Below the pieces are notes generated by a model, which did no database searches, was not told the origin of the DNA, and saw only the letters and a list, made by a program, of their open reading frames with translations. From the NCBI GenBank assembly GCA_965218795.1, contig OZ244653.1, forward strand, positions 160,001 to 224,000: DNA of 64,000 nucleotides, read 5' to 3'. This DNA is from a bacterium. Lineage in GTDB: Bacteria; UBA8248; JACPRG01; G963555815. Below are positions 1 to 10,176 of this stretch, piece after piece (within the stretch, counting starts at the first letter, position 1; each line of letters begins with the position of its first letter). A program made the translations under genes and the position numbers.

Positions 1-849
1 TCGCTGGCCGGAAGGACGGCGGTGTATCATCTGTTTCCATTGAGCCGTGGCGAGATGATGCGTTTTGATCGGCATCCCCAGAGTCTTGAAGAGACACTTC
101 TCGCCGGCGCGTACCCCCGCATATTCGATTATGAACTGGACCCGGCGGACTGGCTCGGTTCGTATGTCGCCACCTATATCGAACGTGACGTGCGAACGAT
201 CAGCAACGTGGGTGATCTTGCGACATTCCAACGCTTCGTCGAATTATGCGCCGGTCGTACGGCGCAGTTGGTCAACTACTCGTCACTGGCGGGCGACTGC
301 GGCATCTCCCAGCCGAGCGCAAAAGCCTGGCTCAGCATACTTGAGACCAGCTTTCTCGCTTTCCGCCTGCCGGCATTTCACTCGAACCTGCGCAAGCGGC
401 TCGTGAAGATGCCGAAGCTGCACTTCTACGACACCGGTCTCGTCTGCTGGCTGCTGGGTATCCGTACGCCCGAACAGCTCCGCACGCATCCTCTTCGCGG
501 CCCGATCTTCGAGACCTGGGTCGTCTCGGAGATCGCGAAATACCGAACCAACCGGGGCGAGACGGGCGTTCGCGGTCTGTCGTTTTACCGCGACCGTAAC
601 GGGGCCGAGGCCGATCTCATCATCGAGCACCCGTCCCGCATCACGCTCGTCGAAGCCAAGTCCGCCGAGACTGCATCGTCGAGCTGGTTCGATGAGGCTC
701 GGCGCGTCCAGCGACATCTCACCACATTACCTCGTCCATGCGACGTGGTCGTCGGCTACGGCGGCGATCAACTCCAGCACCGCGCGGCAGGGAGTCTGAT
801 ACCTTGGCGCAAGCTGTGCGAAGCAGGTTTTTGGGAATCGACGGGATGA
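1..849 (+). CDS. AAA+ ATPase with DUF4143 domain (5'-partial)
   Basis: Frame is open from base 1 (SLAGRTAVYHL). GAYP, YVATYIERDV, KMPKLHFYDTG, GPIFETWV and EADLII..EAK motifs are typical of AAA_14/DUF4143 proteins. Confidence 0.9.
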   Translation, partial: SLAGRTAVYHLFPLSRGEMMRFDRHPQSLEETLLAGAYPRIFDYELDPADWLGSYVATYIERDVRTISNVGDLATFQRFVELCAGRTAQLVNYSSLAGDCGISQPSAKAWLSILETSFLAFRLPAFHSNLRKRLVKMPKLHFYDTGLVCWLLGIRTPEQLRTHPLRGPIFETWVVSEIAKYRTNRGETGVRGLSFYRDRNGAEADLIIEHPSRITLVEAKSAETASSSWFDEARRVQRHLTTLPRPCDVVVGYGGDQLQHRAAGSLIPWRKLCEAGFWESTG

Positions 850-907
850 ACGCGCGGGCGAAGACGGGTCGCGCGATACGCTCGCGGAACGTTGGAGGCG
901 GGAGGGA

Positions 908-1621
908 ATGGAAATCGAGATGAGGCCGGGCCGGTCTCGGGTGGCCGGGCGCTGTCGTCCCGCGTCGTCCGGGATCCCTTTCGGACCTCCGGTTTCGCGC
1001 TGTTGGCGATTCGGGGCCGCCCTCGTCGTCGCCTTTGCCCTGATCGCGGCCGGCTGCGCTACCCCGACGCCGAGGCGGCAGGGCGATATCTGCCAGGTTT
1101 TCGAGCAGTATCCCGACTGGTACGACCATGCCCGCGCGTCCGCGTCGCAATGGGGCACGCCGGTGCACGTGCTCATGGCGTTCGTGCACCATGAATCGAG
1201 TTACCGGAGCCACGCGAAGCCGCCGAGGAGATGGTTTTTGTTCATTCCGCTCGGACGTCCGTCGTCGGCCAAAGGATACGCGCAGGCGCAGAATCCGGTA
1301 TGGGGGGAGTACTTGGCCGAGCGGGGCGGGCTCTTCCGGAGCCGGACGGACATGGAAGACGCCCTCGACTTCATCGGCTGGTATAACCACAAGACCTGGC
1401 GCGGGCTCGGCATCTCCCGGAGCGACGCGCGCAGGCTCTACCTCGCCTATCACGAGGGGCGGGGCGGCTACCGCCGCGGCACCTGGAAAAAGAAGCCCGG
1501 CGTGCAGCGCACCGCGGAGAGAGTGGCCGCGACCGCCCGTCGATACAAGTCCCAGCTCGCGCGCTGCGAGTCGAGATTCCGTTGCGACTCCTGGTATCAG
1601 GTGTGGCCCTTCTGCCGGTGA
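908..1621 (+). CDS. Lytic transglycosylase (SLT-like) lipoprotein
   Basis: Lipobox-like IAAGC, catalytic HHESS motif, SSAKGYAQA, YLAYHEG. True start is probably downstream of 908. Confidence 0.8.
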   Translation: MEIEMRPGRSRVAGRCRPASSGIPFGPPVSRCWRFGAALVVAFALIAAGCATPTPRRQGDICQVFEQYPDWYDHARASASQWGTPVHVLMAFVHHESSYRSHAKPPRRWFLFIPLGRPSSAKGYAQAQNPVWGEYLAERGGLFRSRTDMEDALDFIGWYNHKTWRGLGISRSDARRLYLAYHEGRGGYRRGTWKKKPGVQRTAERVAATARRYKSQLARCESRFRCDSWYQVWPFCR

Positions 1622-2316
1622 GGGCTCGGCGGTGGCGGCAGCCGCGGCCCGCGTCGGCGATTCTGCCCGCGGTCCTGGCGGCGCTCCTCGCGATCCTGCC
1701 CGGCGCGTCGTTCGCGCAAGAGACGGTCCTCGGCCGGTTCTCGGCGGGCGACCTTTTCGGCTGGAAACACGAGCGCTTCGCCGGCCAGACCGTGTACCGC
1801 CAGACCGAAGACCCCGGAGGCGGAACCGTCCTCGAGGCGGTCAGCAACGGGACGGCGTCGGGTCTCGTGCTGGAGCGGAAGATCGATCTCACCGAAACGC
1901 CGATCCTCATCTGGCGCTGGCGGGTCCAGCGTCCGGTCAACCCGCCGGACGAGCGGACCCGGGCGGGCAACGACTTCGCCGCCAGAATCTATTTCGTGAC
2001 GCCCGGCAAAGGTCTGCTCTCCTTCCCGGATTCGGTGGCCTACGTCTGGGCCGGCCGCCAGCCGGAAGGCTCCTCCTGGCCCAACCCCTATACCGGAAAG
2101 GTCCGCATGGTCGCCGTGGATTCGGGCACCCGCCACGCCGGGGAGTGGCGGGCGCATCGCAGGAACATGAGAGGGGACTTCCGGTCCCTTTTCGGCCGGG
2201 ACATCACCGAGATCACCCACATCGCCATCATGACCGACACCGATAACAGCCAGCTGTCGGCCCACAGTTGGTACGGCGACATCCGCGTCGCGCCGGCCGG
2301 CCCCGCTGACCGCTGA
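1582..2316 (+). CDS. DUF3047 domain-containing protein
   Basis: Signal peptide; ILIWRWRV, DERTRAGNDFAARIY, YVWA, IAIMTDTDNS and WYGDI motifs. Start uncertain. Confidence 0.85.
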   Translation: MRLLVSGVALLPVRARRWRQPRPASAILPAVLAALLAILPGASFAQETVLGRFSAGDLFGWKHERFAGQTVYRQTEDPGGGTVLEAVSNGTASGLVLERKIDLTETPILIWRWRVQRPVNPPDERTRAGNDFAARIYFVTPGKGLLSFPDSVAYVWAGRQPEGSSWPNPYTGKVRMVAVDSGTRHAGEWRAHRRNMRGDFRSLFGRDITEITHIAIMTDTDNSQLSAHSWYGDIRVAPAGPADR

Positions 2317-2625
2317 TTCTGGGGACCTCATACTTGATGATTGGCTTTCGGATTGGTGTGCCCCCTGCATGAATACATGCGCAGGGGCAGGCTCTCGGTC
2401 ATTCCTGCCCCCGATAAGAGCCTTCGGGGACAGGCTACAGTTAGGAATCCAGAGCGTCCGTGCATGGCAAGGATCGCACGGGTCGTGTCGTCAGGGTTCC
2501 CCCATCACCTCACTCAGCGGGGCATCTCTCAGGCAGAACACATTGTTCTGTGAAGAGGACTACGGGCAATACCTCCCCTGATGTCTGAGTGGTGCTCCCG
2601 GTGGAGGGTTCCGGAATTTGAGGAT
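2317..2625 (+). pseudogene. 5' remnant of a RAYT (REP-associated tyrosine transposase) element
   Basis: MARIARVVSSGFPHHLTQRG at 2464, then a frameshift. End motif ATTCTGGGGAC. Similar to 5888-6110. Confidence 0.75.
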
Positions 2626-2629
2626 GGCT

Positions 2630-2800
2630 TACGGCGAGGCACACGCCCTCCTTGCCGGTCAGGCGTCCGTACGTGGCCGTCATGAAACCCGCGCATTGCT
2701 CATGCCGGGTCAAAATGAACCGGATCCGGGACTCCCTCAGGGATTCGGGAAAGTCGAGGCTCTCCTCCCCCGGAACGCCGAAGATGTATTCGACTGTCAA
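2630..2800 (-). pseudogene. Acetolactate synthase large subunit, N-terminal fragment
   Basis: VEYIFGVPGEE...LTRHEQCAGFMTATYGRLTGKEGVCLA is the TPP-enzyme N-terminus. The rest of the gene is absent. Confidence 0.8.
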
Positions 2801-2888
2801 AAGATAGGTCAGAAAATCGCGCTTTTCGACAGGAAGAGCCCGTCCGAAGGGTGGAAGGCTCGGCCGCTTTCAGAAGATTCGGTTGATC

Positions 2889-4277
2889 CTACGCCTCGTA
2901 GTCTTCGATGAACTCCCTCAGATCAATTTTGTCCACCCCCGGAACGGAGACCTCCTCGGGGTAATTGGTTTTTCGGGTCGCGTCGATTCCCGTTTTTGTG
3001 ACGAGGTGGGAGCCCTCCGCCGGGTTATAGGAGGCGGGGTCGAGCGGGGAACCTTTGGCATGCGTGATCATGAAGATGTCCCGGTCGGCGCGCACCCGCA
3101 TCGCGATGGCGCGAAGGACCTCTTTGTCGCTGGCCACATCCACGTCCTCATCCACCACAACCACGAATTTAAGATAGGCGTCGGCCACAAAGGCCGCCAT
3201 GGCCGCCTGCTTCGCCTCCCCCTCGATCATCTTCTCGATAGCGATGTAGCAGGTGAACCGGCACAGACCGGACGGAGGCAGAAAAACCGCTTTGACGGTT
3301 GGACAGGCGATCCTGACTGCATTCTCGATGGCGGCGGTTTGCGTGAAGCCGCCGAGGAGAAAATCATCGGCATGCGAGCAAAACGCGTTCTGGTAAAGGG
3401 GATTCTCGCGCATCGTGATGGCCTTGACCTTCACAACGGGGTTCATCCGCTCGGGACCGTACGTCGCGGGATACTCTCCGAAAGGCGCCTCCGGCTCGCG
3501 GAGATGAGGCAGGATTTCGCACTCCAAAACGATCTCGGCGTCCGCCGGGACTTCGAGGGGGATCGTCTCGCAAGGCGTCAATCGGACCGGCCGGCGCATC
3601 ATGCCCCCGGCGATGCGGAACTCGTCGATATCCAGCGGGGTGTAGCTCAGGGCACCCAGGAAAAAGGCCGGGTGGTGTCCGATGACGGCGGCCATCGGGG
3701 TGGGTTCGCCGCGTTTCTCGTACTGTTTCCAGATCAGGTGGCCGTGGGAGGTCTCCGAGATCTGGATTCCGAAGGTGTTCCTGTCCTTGAGCATCAAGCG
3801 GTAGATGCCGACGTTGTTGACCCCGGTCGAGGGGTCTTTCATGACATCCAGGGATGCCGTGACGTACGGTCCGGCGTCTTTTTCATGATAGGTGCAAATG
3901 GGCAGGCGAGTCACATCTACGTCGTCCCCTTTGAGAATCACCCGCTTGACGGGCCCGGTCTCGACGTGCCGGGGACCGACCGGATTCGCCTCCCGCCTGG
4001 CGTACTCTTTCAAAAAATCCTGTACATCCGTCCCTTCGAGCTCCAAGGCCAGACAAAGGCGGCTGATGCTGGCGTGCGTGTTGGCCACCAGGGGAATGTC
4101 CGAACCCTTCACTTTTTCAAAGATGACAAGCGGAAACTTTTCGTCTTTTTCCAGCCGGGCAAGGATTCCCGATACGCCGAACTTCGGGTCGACTTCTTTG
4201 TGAATCCGAATCACTTCGTGCGGATGTCGCTCTTCGAGAAACTCGATGAAACCCCGGAGGTCGCACGTATGATTCAT
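2889..4277 (-). CDS. UbiD-family (prFMN-dependent) decarboxylase
   Basis: DLRGFIEFLE start, HEKDAGPYVT, NVGIYR, EAPFGEY, VVVDEDVD, SPLDP and GIDAT motifs. Start placed at MNHTC. Confidence 0.9.
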   Translation of the reverse strand: MNHTCDLRGFIEFLEERHPHEVIRIHKEVDPKFGVSGILARLEKDEKFPLVIFEKVKGSDIPLVANTHASISRLCLALELEGTDVQDFLKEYARREANPVGPRHVETGPVKRVILKGDDVDVTRLPICTYHEKDAGPYVTASLDVMKDPSTGVNNVGIYRLMLKDRNTFGIQISETSHGHLIWKQYEKRGEPTPMAAVIGHHPAFFLGALSYTPLDIDEFRIAGGMMRRPVRLTPCETIPLEVPADAEIVLECEILPHLREPEAPFGEYPATYGPERMNPVVKVKAITMRENPLYQNAFCSHADDFLLGGFTQTAAIENAVRIACPTVKAVFLPPSGLCRFTCYIAIEKMIEGEAKQAAMAAFVADAYLKFVVVVDEDVDVASDKEVLRAIAMRVRADRDIFMITHAKGSPLDPASYNPAEGSHLVTKTGIDATRKTNYPEEVSVPGVDKIDLREFIEDYEA

Positions 4278-4460
4278 GTTTCGTACCTGGTTTCGGCTCA
4301 TGGCTGGTCTGGATTTCTCACCAAACATTCGTCGTAAGGGGCGAGGAGGGGTCGATATCCTATAAGTGGCGGGTTCACGCATTCACGAAGCGGTGTAGTG
4401 GGGAGGCGCGGGTCGGTTGACCCTCAGCCTCTGCCCATGCGCCGTTCCCAATCTAAAACC

Positions 4461-4540
4461 AGCGGAGGCTGAAGCCTCCGCGCTACACGGCCAAACGCAA
4501 GGGGCGGGGCAGGAGTCCACCGACTCTCGCCCCGCCCCTG
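4461..4540. terminator. REP-like palindrome plus GC-rich hairpin between the binding-protein gene and ubiD
   Basis: GCGGAGGCTGAAGCCTCCGC (4462-4481) and GGGGCGGG..GAGTC-CACC-GACTC..CCCGCCCC (4501-4538). Confidence 0.45.
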
Positions 4541-4630
4541 CATTTCAGTGGGCTTCGAGGTTTTGGCCGACATGGCCGCTGCCATCGCCAATTCGAGCAT
4601 CGGACAAAATCCCAGTGCGCTCCGCCGGCT

Positions 4631-5689
4631 CTAAGGGAGCATGGGAAAGCGGGATTTCTTGGGAACCCGCTCGACGAATTGGTTGGTGTAAACGTCTTTG
4701 GCCGCAACGGGTTTCTTCAGGCCGACGTAGCTTCGAATCAGCTTCATGGCCCGTTCCATCTTCCCCGCGTTGACGTAGCCGAATCCTTCCTTTTTAAAGT
4801 TTTTATCCGTCGACAGCCGCTGCATGTATTTCCACTGCTGATCAGTCAGGGACCGGCTGGCCGCCGCGTTGTGTTTCAGAAAGATGTCCACGCTCTCTTT
4901 GGGATGCTGGTGGGCATAGACCGTCCCCCGAATGCTGGCGTTGATGAACTTTTGGAGCATCTCGGGCTGATTGGCGATGGTGTCTTCTCTCGCCACATAC
5001 GAAGCCCCGTACATGTCCGACAGCCCGTAATCCGACCAGAGGAAAAATCCGGCCTGCTTGCCCATCTTCCGCGCGGCCGCCTCTTTGGGAGGAAGAGAGG
5101 TCAGCCAGCTGTCCACGGCGTGGACCATTCCGGAGGCGAGACTGGTCCCCAAAAGGGCGGGTTTGAGATTAATCATTTCCACCTTGGATCGGTCGATCCC
5201 GTTCACCTTGGCAAAGGCCGGCCAGAATTGAAGGACCGAGGAAAAAATGGGAATGGCCACCTTCCTTCCTTCCAGATCCTTGGGCTTATTGATCCCGATG
5301 CCTTTCATGTAGGCCAGCCCATAGGGCGAGGTGTGCATCGAAACTTTGATGATTTTTGCTTTCGTCCCCGATGCGCGTCCCAGGGCGACGCTCACCAGGA
5401 CCGAGCTCCCGAGGTCGAGGTCTCCGGCCGCGACTCTCTTTAACGTGTCAACCGCGCCATGACCTCGCTGGATGGTCGTCTCAATCCCTTCGGCGGCAAA
5501 AAACCCCTTCTCCAAGGCGACAAATTCCGGGACGGAATCCCCCGCCAAAACCCAGCTCATTGCTACCCGAACCTTGGTCGCCGCCTCTCCAATTCCCGGG
5601 GTGTCGAAGGAACTGAAGAGAAACATCGTCGCCGCAAGGACAAAGAGTGAAAAACAATTTCCCGTTCGCTTCATCGGTGAACCCTCCAA
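4631..5689 (-). CDS. ABC transporter substrate-binding protein, NMT1/THI5/SsuA-like
   Basis: Signal peptide; VALEKGFFAAEGIE and GINKPKDLEGRKVA motifs. Confidence 0.88.
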   Translation of the reverse strand: MEGSPMKRTGNCFSLFVLAATMFLFSSFDTPGIGEAATKVRVAMSWVLAGDSVPEFVALEKGFFAAEGIETTIQRGHGAVDTLKRVAAGDLDLGSSVLVSVALGRASGTKAKIIKVSMHTSPYGLAYMKGIGINKPKDLEGRKVAIPIFSSVLQFWPAFAKVNGIDRSKVEMINLKPALLGTSLASGMVHAVDSWLTSLPPKEAAARKMGKQAGFFLWSDYGLSDMYGASYVAREDTIANQPEMLQKFINASIRGTVYAHQHPKESVDIFLKHNAAASRSLTDQQWKYMQRLSTDKNFKKEGFGYVNAGKMERAMKLIRSYVGLKKPVAAKDVYTNQFVERVPKKSRFPMLP

Positions 5690-5887
5690 TCGAGAGAGCC
5701 TGGACTCCTCAAGGGCATATAAGATGTCCCTTTGAATTGAGCCATACGGTAGTCTACGCCGGAATTCTCAAATACCCTCGGTCCTGACATTGCCAGCGTC
5801 CTTCATGTTGTTGTCGAGGGTTCACATGGTACCACAGATATCAAGGTTTCTTTGAGGCTCCACAGATGGAAGTCCAAGCGGGGCGGG

Positions 5888-6291
5888 ATTCTGGGGACAC
5901 CATCCTTCATGAATGACTTGTGGCAGATTGGTGCGCCCCCTGCCGAAACCATGCAGGGGCAGGCTCTCGGTCATTCCTGTCCCCGATAAAAGCCTTTGGG
6001 GACAGGCTGCAGCAGGAATCCAGAGCGTCCTTGCATGGCCGTGCATGGCAAGGATCCCACGGGTCGTGGCGCCAGGGTTCCCCCATCACCTCACGCAGCG
6101 GGGCAAATCGCAGGCAGGACACATTTTGAGGATACGCCGTCATGAGAGGACAGGCGGCCCCCTCTCCCTCCGGGAGAGGGTTGGGGTGAGGGAGACTAAA
6201 AGGCTTGAGGAGACATTGGACCGTATCCTGAAAAGGCTGAAACCAGAACGAAAAAAGCATAAGCATATATGAAGGATAGTGCCCCCTAGAT
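5888..6291 (+). mobile_element. Internally deleted RAYT element (MITE-like) with terminal inverted repeats
   Basis: ATTCTGGGGACACCATCCTTCAT (5888-5910) is inverted at 6269-6291. RAYT N-terminus MARIPRVVAPGFPHHLTQRG is joined to a C-terminal-like RHERTG...LKP segment. Confidence 0.65.
6157..6192. repeat. REP-like palindrome CCCTCTCCCTCCGGGAGAGGG-TTGGGGTGAGGG
   Basis: Perfect hairpin of a widespread REP-type class, lying inside the RAYT remnant. Confidence 0.6.
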
Positions 6292-6380
6292 AGTGGACTC
6301 CCTGCCCAAGACCGCAGGGGTGACGACTCATGTGTGCGATCGTCCGTGATGCCGAAAGGCGTTGAGCGCCGAATGCTGCT

Positions 6381-6486
6381 GTTATTCCTGCGCAGGCAGG
6401 AATCCAGGGAGGGATGGCTGCATCGGCCCCCCCTTGTCATGGCTCCTCCCTACTCTGTCCCCCGATTAAGACATTCGAGGGCAGGC
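6381..6486. repeat. REP-like elements (GTTATTCCTGCGCAGGCAGGAATCC; TGTCCCCCGATTAAGACATTCGAGGGCAGG)
   Basis: The same two palindrome types occur nested at 2398-2451 and 5970-6022. Confidence 0.55.
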
Positions 6487-7217
6487 ATCCGGGGGGCCTC
6501 CTTCCCCCTTTGAATGATATCGTCTGTTCGGGTAGGTGTATCGATCTGTTTTCATTGGCCATGGGATCCTACTATCCTATTGATATTATTGATGAATATG
6601 AACTATTCCTGATCTCGTCCGGAACCTGCTCTCTACAGTCCGTCATCAAAACGAAAGCGAATTCGTTAAAACGCACGCGCATCCAGGCGAATCCCTGTCG
6701 GTAAATGTTCAGTCGTGGGGTGATGGCGGTCTGGAAAGTACCTGCCCAAACCGACTACGCCGCGCAATACCAACAACTGCCTCCGACGCCGGCGACGATG
6801 TCACCCCTCCACCGAATGATTACCCCTGTCGGACCATTGCACCTTTGGCCTTAAAAAGCCCGAGCCGCAACATCTCGCTTACGGATAGCTCCGGTGCCCC
6901 GCAACGTTCATTCAGGAACCACAGCTCAGCGCCCCATATTGGTGTGCCAGATTCGCGCCCTCGGTGCAGTCGACCATCTCAAACGGTGATTTCGTTTTCA
7001 TGCTCAGAACAGCAATTCTTCAGGTACCGAAGTATTTATGTATCGTTTTGTTTCCAAGTTCCTCGCTGGTGAGGGTGCTCTCTGTCGTGATTTGGAGATT
7101 GACAGATAGCCAAGAACATGCGTCTCAAAGAGAAGTGGACCTGCGGAGTTGTGTCGGGGATCAGGGTTTTCCGGAGACCGCCGGCTAGGCCGCACGGTAT
7201 TCCGCAGGAATTATTTT

Positions 7218-7405
7218 GTATTGCGACGGTAATCCCCTGACAGTTTGGACGTCGACGCGCGACCGTAAGAGTCGGGCGCGCCGGTGGTGGCCACGCCGCT
7301 CCTGGAAGGGGTTAAGATCGTTTTTCACAACATCCAACCTTTCAAGAGAACGCCATGACCACCAGTAACAAGATAGCACGGCGCAAACTGAGCCTGCTCG
7401 AACTT
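7218..7405 (+). mobile_element. Truncated IS481-family left end
   Basis: TGTATTGCGACGGTAATCCCCTGACAG plus MTTSNKIARRKLSLLEL. Paralogous to 10177-10366. Confidence 0.8.
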
Positions 7406-7441
7406 GGGTAGTGGTCTAATTTGAATAGGGACCCTTTTTTC

Positions 7442-7762
7442 TCAATTGCCAGGCTTGATGCTGTACTTGATTGATGGAGATTTGGGTTTCTTGATGTTCG
7501 TCATTACGGCCTTGAATATATGTCCTTCGATAAAACCAGTTTCCACACCCAGGAATTTTCGGTTGTCTCCCATCCCCTCATACAAGCGAAATCGTATCTC
7601 ACCTTGATCGCATGTCGTGCTCCCTTCAATCATGAGCGTGTTGGGAATTGGCGCGTACCAACGCCAGTCTTCAACCTTACAATCCCCTCCTTGATCGTCA
7701 CAGGCCGCAAGAGGGACGCACAACAAAACGATGAAAGTCAATACGGCAACCGTTACCCTCAT
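7442..7762 (-). CDS. Hypothetical lipoprotein
   Basis: MRVTVAVL...PLAAC lipobox. ATG overlaps the TGA of an upstream truncated ORF (7759-7935). Confidence 0.65.
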   Translation of the reverse strand: MRVTVAVLTFIVLLCVPLAACDDQGGDCKVEDWRWYAPIPNTLMIEGSTTCDQGEIRFRLYEGMGDNRKFLGVETGFIEGHIFKAVMTNIKKPKSPSIKYSIKPGN

Positions 7763-7929
7763 GTCTCTACCCTTTCCCAAGAACGAAAGCTGACGTTGGC
7801 CCAGCCCTCATAGCTTATCGAAAGCCTTGAGTTCATTCCATAGAGGATTTTCTCCTTGTTGAATTTCTTGGATCGAATAACCAATTCAGAGTCAAACTCA
7901 AATACATCCTCCCTTGGAAATCCAACGGG

Positions 7930-8667
7930 CAGAAAGCGCTGCTCCCCGGAGCAGATTGCCCATCGCCTCAAGCTCGAGCATCCTGACGACCCCGAGATGC
8001 ATGTGTCTCACGAGACGATCTATCGGTCCTTGTTCGTCCAAGCCCGCGGGGCGCTCCGTAAAGAGCTCACAGCGTATCTGCGAACCCGACGCACACGCAG
8101 ACATTCTCGGCGACGGCTCGACGGTGCCGGCCGGCTGCGGCAACATGGTCTCGATCGCCGAACGACCGCCTGAGGCTTCCGATCGGGCCATCCCGGGGCA
8201 TTGGGAGGGGGACCTGATCATTGGCAAGGTAGGTCACTCAGCCATCGGTGTGGTGGTCGAGCGGAGGAGTCTGTATGTGCTGCTCCTCCACCTTCCGGAC
8301 GGGCGGGGGACTCCTGAGGTTCGGCGGGTCCTCGCCGAACCGTTGACGGCTTTGCCCAACCAGCTCCGTTGCACGCTCACCTGGGACCAGGGCAAGGAGA
8401 TGGCCGAGCACGTCCGCTTCACCATCGAGACCGGCGTTGCCGTCTACTTCTGCGATCCGAAAAGCCCATGGCAGCGCGCAACAAGCGAGAACACCAAGGG
8501 TCTCTTGCGTCAGTACTTCCCGAAGGGGACTGACCTATCCCTCCACTCCCAGGACGAGCTCGACGCCGTCGCTCGAGAGTTCAACGCCCGCCCTCGACAA
8601 ACGCTCGGCTGGATGACACCATGTGAGGTCTTCGCCAAGACCGTTGCGTTGACCCCTTGAGACCGCC
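7930..8667 (+). mobile_element. IS30-family transposase remnant (5'-truncated, frameshifted) with right IR
   Basis: SPEQIA, VSHETIY, PGHWEGDLI, TWDQGKEMA, SPWQRATSEN and LLRQYFPKG motifs. Ends GTTGCGTTGACCCCTTGAGACCGCC. Confidence 0.9.
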
Positions 8668-8745
8668 GGGGTAACTCCACCCCGTTTGCACATTGGATGC
8701 TTTTCGCAACTACGTACCTTCCCTACTTCCGGCGTCCCAGACAAT

Positions 8746-9672
8746 CTACCGAACCCCGGCCGGGTTTTTCTTGTTCGTGATCGACTCCAGCCGCTTGCGC
8801 AACAACCTCTTCAAACCGATAGCATTTTCATATTCCGGGCAGTTGCGATGGGCCACGTCAAAGTGCACCTTCGTGTCCTTCTTGCGCACCAAGATCACGC
8901 GCTTCTTCAGGGCGTGCGCGTGCCCGATCTCGTAGTACACATTCGGGCGTTCGTGCGTAAGATCCGCAATGAGGAACTCGCTGGTTTCGATCTCGGACAG
9001 GATTCGATCCGTAATCGCCTCTTCGTGTTCGATCTCGTTAGCGGTGATCGCCTCGATCCCGAACTCCTTGAACACTTCCTTGATCCCCGTCCTGATGTCT
9101 TCAAGTTCCGGTTTGCTGTCATCTATGGCCATCATGACGAATGCCGTATTGGGTCGGTAGTTCGCCGTCCCCGGCTGCGCCAGCTCCGCAGCATCGGTGG
9201 GTAGGAGGAGATCCGTCAGGTCCAGAGTCTTTGCCGCAGCTTGGTCGAAACGCCTAGGTGCGGAGGAGGCATCTCGGAACGAGATTTCTTCGTGCGTCGG
9301 CGGATCCACCCCGAGCACCGTATCTTCGTCGTGGTGCACGTAGACACCAGTGTGATGGTATTCGCGGAAGTGCACATTCGCGAGCATCTGCCGCGTATTG
9401 TGCCGAAGTTCCTGCATGTCCGCGTCCGCCAGCAGTGGCGAAGCCCGCGCGGCGGCGGCAATGTCGACGCTCAGCTCCTTGATTGTCTGCCGTAGCGCCT
9501 CGCAATTTTGCAGAATCTTCGCGTCCTTTATCTCCCAACTCTCTCGAGGCGGCCAAACGGTGTCGTCCACGACAGATTCGGGGTCTGCCTCGGCGAAATA
9601 CTCCCTGCCCTGTTCACGCACGGCCACGATCCGTCTTCGCATCGCCTCGATGTTCTCTTTCGTCAGCTGCAT
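8746..9672 (-). CDS. Protein with C-terminal nucleoside 2-deoxyribosyltransferase/TIR-like domain
   Basis: AFVMM...ITDRILSEIETSEFLIADLTHERPNVYYEIGHAHALKKRVIL...HFDV signature. Confidence 0.75.
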   Translation of the reverse strand: MQLTKENIEAMRRRIVAVREQGREYFAEADPESVVDDTVWPPRESWEIKDAKILQNCEALRQTIKELSVDIAAAARASPLLADADMQELRHNTRQMLANVHFREYHHTGVYVHHDEDTVLGVDPPTHEEISFRDASSAPRRFDQAAAKTLDLTDLLLPTDAAELAQPGTANYRPNTAFVMMAIDDSKPELEDIRTGIKEVFKEFGIEAITANEIEHEEAITDRILSEIETSEFLIADLTHERPNVYYEIGHAHALKKRVILVRKKDTKVHFDVAHRNCPEYENAIGLKRLLRKRLESITNKKNPAGVR

Positions 9673-10176
9673 CTAGTTCCTGTCCTCTGCGCCGCTCGTT
9701 CCACGGCCGCCTTGCTGCCAGCGTCAACGCTACCTAGCGAGCGTATCTTCGGCGCTTCCCTTGCCAGTGTGCTCATATGACCGAGCACCAATTCATCCGC
9801 CGCGCACTGGGCTACGTCCTCGCGTTCCCACGCGGTATGTCAGCGACTACGTCGCCCCAAATGGATTCCGGAATAGAGCGGTCCCCTCGCGCTGGATTGT
9901 CGAGCCTCGTACCGAGACTCAGCAAGTCCCCTTCTGGCCTTCCGGGCCTCCATCCTTGTCGCGGGCGCGGCAGCGCCTCCCAAGGTGGGTAAGCTCAAAC
10001 GCTTTCGGAGCGCGTTCCATCAGGCACCGCGGTACCAGCCTGCACAATACGTGACCGCGGCGACTTTGGTCCAACATTGTGTTCTGTACGGTAATCACCC
10101 TGTGTACGAATACCCTGAAGCGACCACAATTGCGTGCCCCAAGCCGCAACCTCAAAGAAGCTCTGGATCGCTAATC

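Noticed and set aside
2883-4337. Long antisense ORFs (also opposite helD, the integrases and the adhesin)
   Set aside because: These are shadow frames of GC-rich coding sequence.
6500-7217. tRNA or island attachment site at the AT-rich transition
   Set aside because: No cloverleaf or matching direct repeat could be identified.
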